A DNA stretch of 64,000 bases, taken from positions 768,001 through 832,000 of the forward strand of contig CAWBNQ010000003.1 of the NCBI GenBank assembly GCA_963790205.1, in the 5' to 3' direction. Made by a program: the position numbers and the translations under genes. The notes under the pieces are model-generated. The model saw nothing but the letters and a program-made list of their open reading frames with translations. It was not told the origin of the DNA and searched no databases. Each line of letters begins with the position of its first letter. Positions within the stretch are counted from its first letter, which is position 1. Below are positions 60,613 to 64,000 of this stretch, piece by piece. This DNA is from Nitrospirota bacterium (GTDB lineage Bacteria > Nitrospirota > UBA9217).

Positions 60613-60643
60613 TGCGGCATGATTATGCCACAAGTAAAAATTA

Positions 60644-60672
60644 TTGACAATGATTAGTGCATCGTCTATAAT
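60644..60672 (+). promoter_or_regulatory. Consensus sigma70 promoter for fdx-trxA-tlpA, back-to-back with a likely addB promoter
   Basis: TTGACA-17bp-TATAAT; minus strand TTGTCA-17bp-CATAAT shares the -35 region. Confidence 0.85.
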
Positions 60673-60689
60673 TTTGAAACAATTGTTAT

Positions 60690-60884
60690 ATGCAGTATAG
60701 CGTTACGGAAAATAAGTGCACGGGATGCGGGACCTGCCTGGATGTCTGTCCGACCGAGGCGATAAAAATGATCGCGGGGCGCGCGAAGATCACGATGGAC
60801 TGCATCGACTGCGGGGCCTGCCCGCGTGTCTGCCCCGAAGGCGCGATCAAACAGGCGCTTCCTGCGGCCGTTCAAAATTCATGA
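60690..60884 (+). CDS. 2x[4Fe-4S] ferredoxin
   Basis: CTGCGTCLDVCP and CIDCGACPRVCP. Confidence 0.92.
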   Translation: MQYSVTENKCTGCGTCLDVCPTEAIKMIAGRAKITMDCIDCGACPRVCPEGAIKQALPAAVQNS

Positions 60885-60905
60885 TTACATCGTTTGAAGG
60901 AGGTT

Positions 60906-61232
60906 ATGATGGCTGAAGCCGTAACGAGCGCAACATGGGACCAGGAAGTACTGAAGGCAAACGGACTCGTCCTGGTCGACTTCTGGGCGGTATGGTGCGG
61001 GCCCTGCAGGATGGTGGCCCCGATCGTAGACGAGATATCCAAGGAGTACGAAGGAAAGATCAAGGTCCTCAAGCTCAACACCGATGAGAACCCGGACGTG
61101 GCGGGCAAGTACCGCATCATGGGCATCCCGACGTTGATGTTCTTCAAGAACGGCCAGACCGTCGACCAGGTCGTCGGCGCCGTGCCCAAGGCACAGCTCA
61201 AAACCAAGGTGGATGCGCTTCTCGCAAAATAA
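60906..61232 (+). CDS. trxA: Thioredoxin
   Basis: [22 protein letters not shown]. Confidence 0.96.
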   Translation: MMAEAVTSATWDQEVLKANGLVLVDFWAVWCGPCRMVAPIVDEISKEYEGKIKVLKLNTDENPDVAGKYRIMGIPTLMFFKNGQTVDQVVGAVPKAQLKTKVDALLAK

Positions 61233-61364
61233 GACGTCCTCCCGTTTTTAACTTGAACCGGGCGTGTGAACGCCCATCCGTTATGGTTCTGTATGGCCGG
61301 CTGCCCGCTTTCGAAAGCGGGCAGCTTCGTTTTCACGCTTTTTAAGGCGAAGGAGATCCATTCG

Positions 61365-61844
61365 ATGTTCAGGAAAGCCCTCGTGTTATCGGTCCTGGTC
61401 ATTGCGATGCTGTTCGGCTGCACCGCCGGGAACGAAAGCTCCGCATCATCGGACTTCAAGTTGCAGGATTTAAACGGGAAGATTGTCAAGCTTTCCGATT
61501 TTAAAGGCAAGCCGGTGCTGCTCGACTTCTGGGCCACCTGGTGTCCTCCGTGCCGCGCCTCCATTCCGGGGATCGAGAAACTGTATAAGACCTATAGCGG
61601 CAAGGGACTGGTTGTGCTCAGTATATCGCTCGACGAGGGCGATTGGGATTCGGTGAAGTCCTTCGCAACCGAACAGGGCATTACCTATCCGGTGCTCAAG
61701 GGGACCGAAGACGTTGCTGCGCAGTTCCAGGTGCGCACGATTCCCATGCTGGTCATCATCAATAAGGAAGGCAAGATCGTTAAACGCTATCTCGGATTCA
61801 GTGATGACGATGAGCTCGAAAAGGACATTAAAACCGTTCTGTAA
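61365..61844 (+). CDS. TlpA/ResA-family thiol-disulfide oxidoreductase lipoprotein
   Basis: LFGC lipobox; DFWATWCPPC. Confidence 0.9.
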   Translation: MFRKALVLSVLVIAMLFGCTAGNESSASSDFKLQDLNGKIVKLSDFKGKPVLLDFWATWCPPCRASIPGIEKLYKTYSGKGLVVLSISLDEGDWDSVKSFATEQGITYPVLKGTEDVAAQFQVRTIPMLVIINKEGKIVKRYLGFSDDDELEKDIKTVL

Positions 61845-61869
61845 CAATGCGAGGCGACCGGTTTTTTCA

Positions 61870-61898
61870 TTGACAGGGAACAGGCCTGCCGCTATAAT
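61870..61898 (+). promoter_or_regulatory. Consensus sigma70 promoter of tRNA-Gly
   Basis: TTGACA-17bp-TATAAT. Confidence 0.85.
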
Positions 61899-61911
61899 AA
61901 TCTTCGAAAAA

Positions 61912-61987
61912 GCGGGCGTAGCTCAGCTGGTAGAGTGCAAGCTTCCCAAGCTTGATGTCGCGGGTTCGAGCCCCGTCGCCCGCTCCA
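61912..61987 (+). tRNA. tRNA-Gly (anticodon CCC)
   Basis: GCGGGCG/CGCCCGC acceptor stem, CAAGC-TTCCCAA-GCTTG anticodon arm, GGTTCGAG T-loop, 3' CCA. Confidence 0.97.
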
Positions 61988-62090
61988 TGTTCTCCACATT
62001 AAGACACATTAAGATTAAGAATGGTTCGGCGCTCATTTCAGACCCCTTCCTGCAAAACCAGGGAGGGGTTTCTTGTCTAAGGAGGCGGCA

Positions 62091-62756
62091 ATGTCAAGAT
62101 CGTACTTTGCGGCGCTCGGCAGCGTGATGGTTTCTGTTATTTTTCTTGTTTCTCATATTGCACGGGCTGAGGACGGCCTCACGGTCGCTGATTTTTCTTC
62201 GGCTGCAGCCGGGAGCGGGGTGCCCGCGGGGTGGGAGCTCAAGGAGAAGTCCGGCAAGGCGGATTTCGCGGTCGTCAAGGACGGCGACATATCAGCTGTT
62301 CGGTTCCGGAGCAGCAATACCTCCTTCTCCCTTCAAAAAGAAGTGAAGGTGGACCTCAAGCAGTTCCCGGTGCTCGCCTGGAAATGGAAGGTGACGAAGC
62401 TGCCCGTGGGTGGCGATTTCAGAAAATCGAAGACCGACGACCAGGCAGCCCAGCTCTTCGTGGCATTCACCAGGACCAAATCCATCGTGTACATCTGGGA
62501 CACGAGCGCTCCGCAGGGGCTCATGGAAGACACGACGCCGGTCCCCTTCATGCACGTCAAGGTAGTGGTGGTGCGCTCCGGTCCGGCTGACATGGGAACA
62601 TGGAGAAGCGAGAGCCGGAACGTGTATGCGGATTACAAGAAGCTTTACGGATCGGAACCGCCGCCGGTGTCCGGGATGAGGCTCCAGATCAATTCACAGC
62701 ACACCGGGACCTCGGCCGAGAGTTATTTCGCGGATGTGGCTTTTAAAAAGCAATAA
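62091..62756 (+). CDS. Exported DUF3047-like protein
   Basis: Signal peptide; LAWKWKV, DDQAAQL, YIWD, RNVYADY. Confidence 0.8.
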   Translation: MSRSYFAALGSVMVSVIFLVSHIARAEDGLTVADFSSAAAGSGVPAGWELKEKSGKADFAVVKDGDISAVRFRSSNTSFSLQKEVKVDLKQFPVLAWKWKVTKLPVGGDFRKSKTDDQAAQLFVAFTRTKSIVYIWDTSAPQGLMEDTTPVPFMHVKVVVVRSGPADMGTWRSESRNVYADYKKLYGSEPPPVSGMRLQINSQHTGTSAESYFADVAFKKQ

Positions 62757-62907
62757 CAGATTAACAAACAAAAATTTGCCACAGAGGCACTGAGATACAG
62801 AGTAAGACTTCTTGAAAAGATAAGTTTTATTCTCTGACTCTGTGGTGAAGCACAGTTTTATCCATGGGCATCACTCCTGAGAACAAGACAGGTAAAGCGA
62901 ACGTCTG

Positions 62908-63426
62908 ATGTCGAAAGTCTACTTTATCACCGGCGGGGCGCGGTCGGGAAAATCCGCCTTTGCTGAGAAACTGGCAAAGGACCTTGCCGGCAAGCGGGCA
63001 TACATCGCCACGGCGCAGGCGCTCGATCCTGAAATGGCCGCGAAGATCGAGAAACACCGCAGGGACCGCGACAACGTATGGGATACCTACGAAGAACCTC
63101 TTGCGGTCGCCGAGCTGCTGCGGAAGCTTTCAAGCGGGTATCAGGTGGTCCTGCTCGATTGTCTCACGCTCTGGCTGAGCAACGTCATGGCCCATACCAA
63201 CGGGGACGATGCGGTGACGGCGCGTTCCCGGGAACTGGCGGCTGCGATCGCAGACTTCAGCGGTTCCTGCATCGTCGTATCGAACGAAGTGGGGCTCGGG
63301 ATCGTGCCGGACAATCCTCTTGCGAGGAAGTTCAGGGACCTCGCCGGTATGCTCAACCAAAAAATCGCACAGGCCGCGGACGAAGTGTATTTTACGGCAG
63401 CCGGGATCCCGGTGAAGATAAAGTAG
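62908..63426 (+). CDS. cobU: Adenosylcobinamide kinase/phosphate guanylyltransferase
   Basis: GGARSGKS, YIATA, LLDCLTLW, SNEVGLGIVP, FRD. Confidence 0.95.
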   Translation: MSKVYFITGGARSGKSAFAEKLAKDLAGKRAYIATAQALDPEMAAKIEKHRRDRDNVWDTYEEPLAVAELLRKLSSGYQVVLLDCLTLWLSNVMAHTNGDDAVTARSRELAAAIADFSGSCIVVSNEVGLGIVPDNPLARKFRDLAGMLNQKIAQAADEVYFTAAGIPVKIK

Positions 63427-63552
63427 AGCTCTTGCTCGGTTACGAATCAAATTCTTGTCAAAATGGAAAATAAAAGTCAGCCACGAAGGCGCTAAGACGC
63501 AAAGTATGGCCTAATTTTAATCAGGAACGCAGCATCTTGATCAATTTCTATT

Positions 63553-63651
63553 TTCTTTGTGACTTCGCCTGCACCCAGCGGTTACGAGTGGCAGGGTGGC
63601 CTGCTCTTGCGAAGACGCGGCCATAAACGAGTGCGGGTGAGTCTTCGTGGC
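63553..63651 (+). repeat. Dispersed repeat family B, long copy
   Basis: Aligns with the reverse complement of 42478-42549, plus an internal ~30-bp addition. Confidence 0.7.
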
Positions 63652-63696
63652 AAATTCTTGCTTCCGGTTTATCCGGGTTAGGGGAGGGAACAGAAA

Positions 63697-64000
63697 TTGG
63701 GAAAACTGCAAGAGGTAATAAAAAAGATCCAGCCTGTCGACACATCGCGCACGAACGCGATCCAGGCGCAGCTCGATAACCTGACGAAGCCGCAGGGGAG
63801 CCTCGGCCGGCTGGAAGAGCTGGCGAAGAAATACTGCCTGATCACGGGCAAGGACAAGCCCCGCATCGGGAACAAGATCATTTTCACCTTTGCCGGCGAC
63901 CATGGCGTTACGGATGAAGGCGTGAGCGCTTTTCCGAAGGAAGTGACGCCGCAAATGGTCTATCAATTTTATTCGCGGCGGCGCCGCGGTGAACGTGCTC
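63697..64000 (+). CDS. cobT: Nicotinate-nucleotide--dimethylbenzimidazole phosphoribosyltransferase, partial; +1 frameshift near 63964
   Basis: LTKPQGSLGRLE, FAGDHGV, VSAFP.EVT.QMV, then NFIRGGAAVNVL in the shifted frame. Confidence 0.92.
   Translation, partial: MGKLQEVIKKIQPVDTSRTNAIQAQLDNLTKPQGSLGRLEELAKKYCLITGKDKPRIGNKIIFTFAGDHGVTDEGVSAFPKEVTPQMVYQFYSRRRRGERA

Noticed and set aside
61912..62090. tRNA-Gly as integration site of an island
   Set aside because: No integrase nearby and no duplicated tRNA 3' end noticed in the window
62760..63690. Cobalamin riboswitch upstream of cobU or cobT
   Set aside because: No B12-box or conserved GGGAA/GCCACTG core found; the structure present belongs to dispersed repeat families

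Overview
Bacterial chromosomal window with GC-rich coding regions. Gene content and style suggest a Nitrospirota/Desulfobacterota-like Gram-negative anaerobe (inference only). Most of it is housekeeping: folD, pdxJ-acpS-nnr-tsaE-nadK-udg-HIT-mutS, rplI-dnaB, hisS, PGM/PMM, eno, typA, degP-like, fdx-trxA-tlpA, tRNA-Gly(CCC), cobU-cobT. It also carries a sigma54-preceded type IV minor pilin/PilY1 cluster. Main observations: (1) a class I flavoprotein disulfide reductase whose active-site CLNVGC is encoded as CLNVG-TGA and followed by a SECIS-like hairpin, i.e. a probable selenoprotein that the ORF track splits; (2) addB and addA separated by an AT-rich cassette headed by a WYL regulator, with two promoters of identical TGACA-N6-TGTCAG-N10-TANNNT architecture (PafBC-like); the cassette encodes an atypical receiver, an unlisted 53-aa Cys protein, a lipoprotein, a perfect 18-aa repeat protein, a GIY-YIG-like protein and an HD hydrolase; (3) a stand-alone ~175-220 nt structured RNA candidate with its own promoter and terminator; (4) dispersed palindromic elements in long and short forms, some in frame inside genes. 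Single-base frameshifts in nadK, udg and cobT suggest consensus errors, so every single-base claim needs read-level checking.
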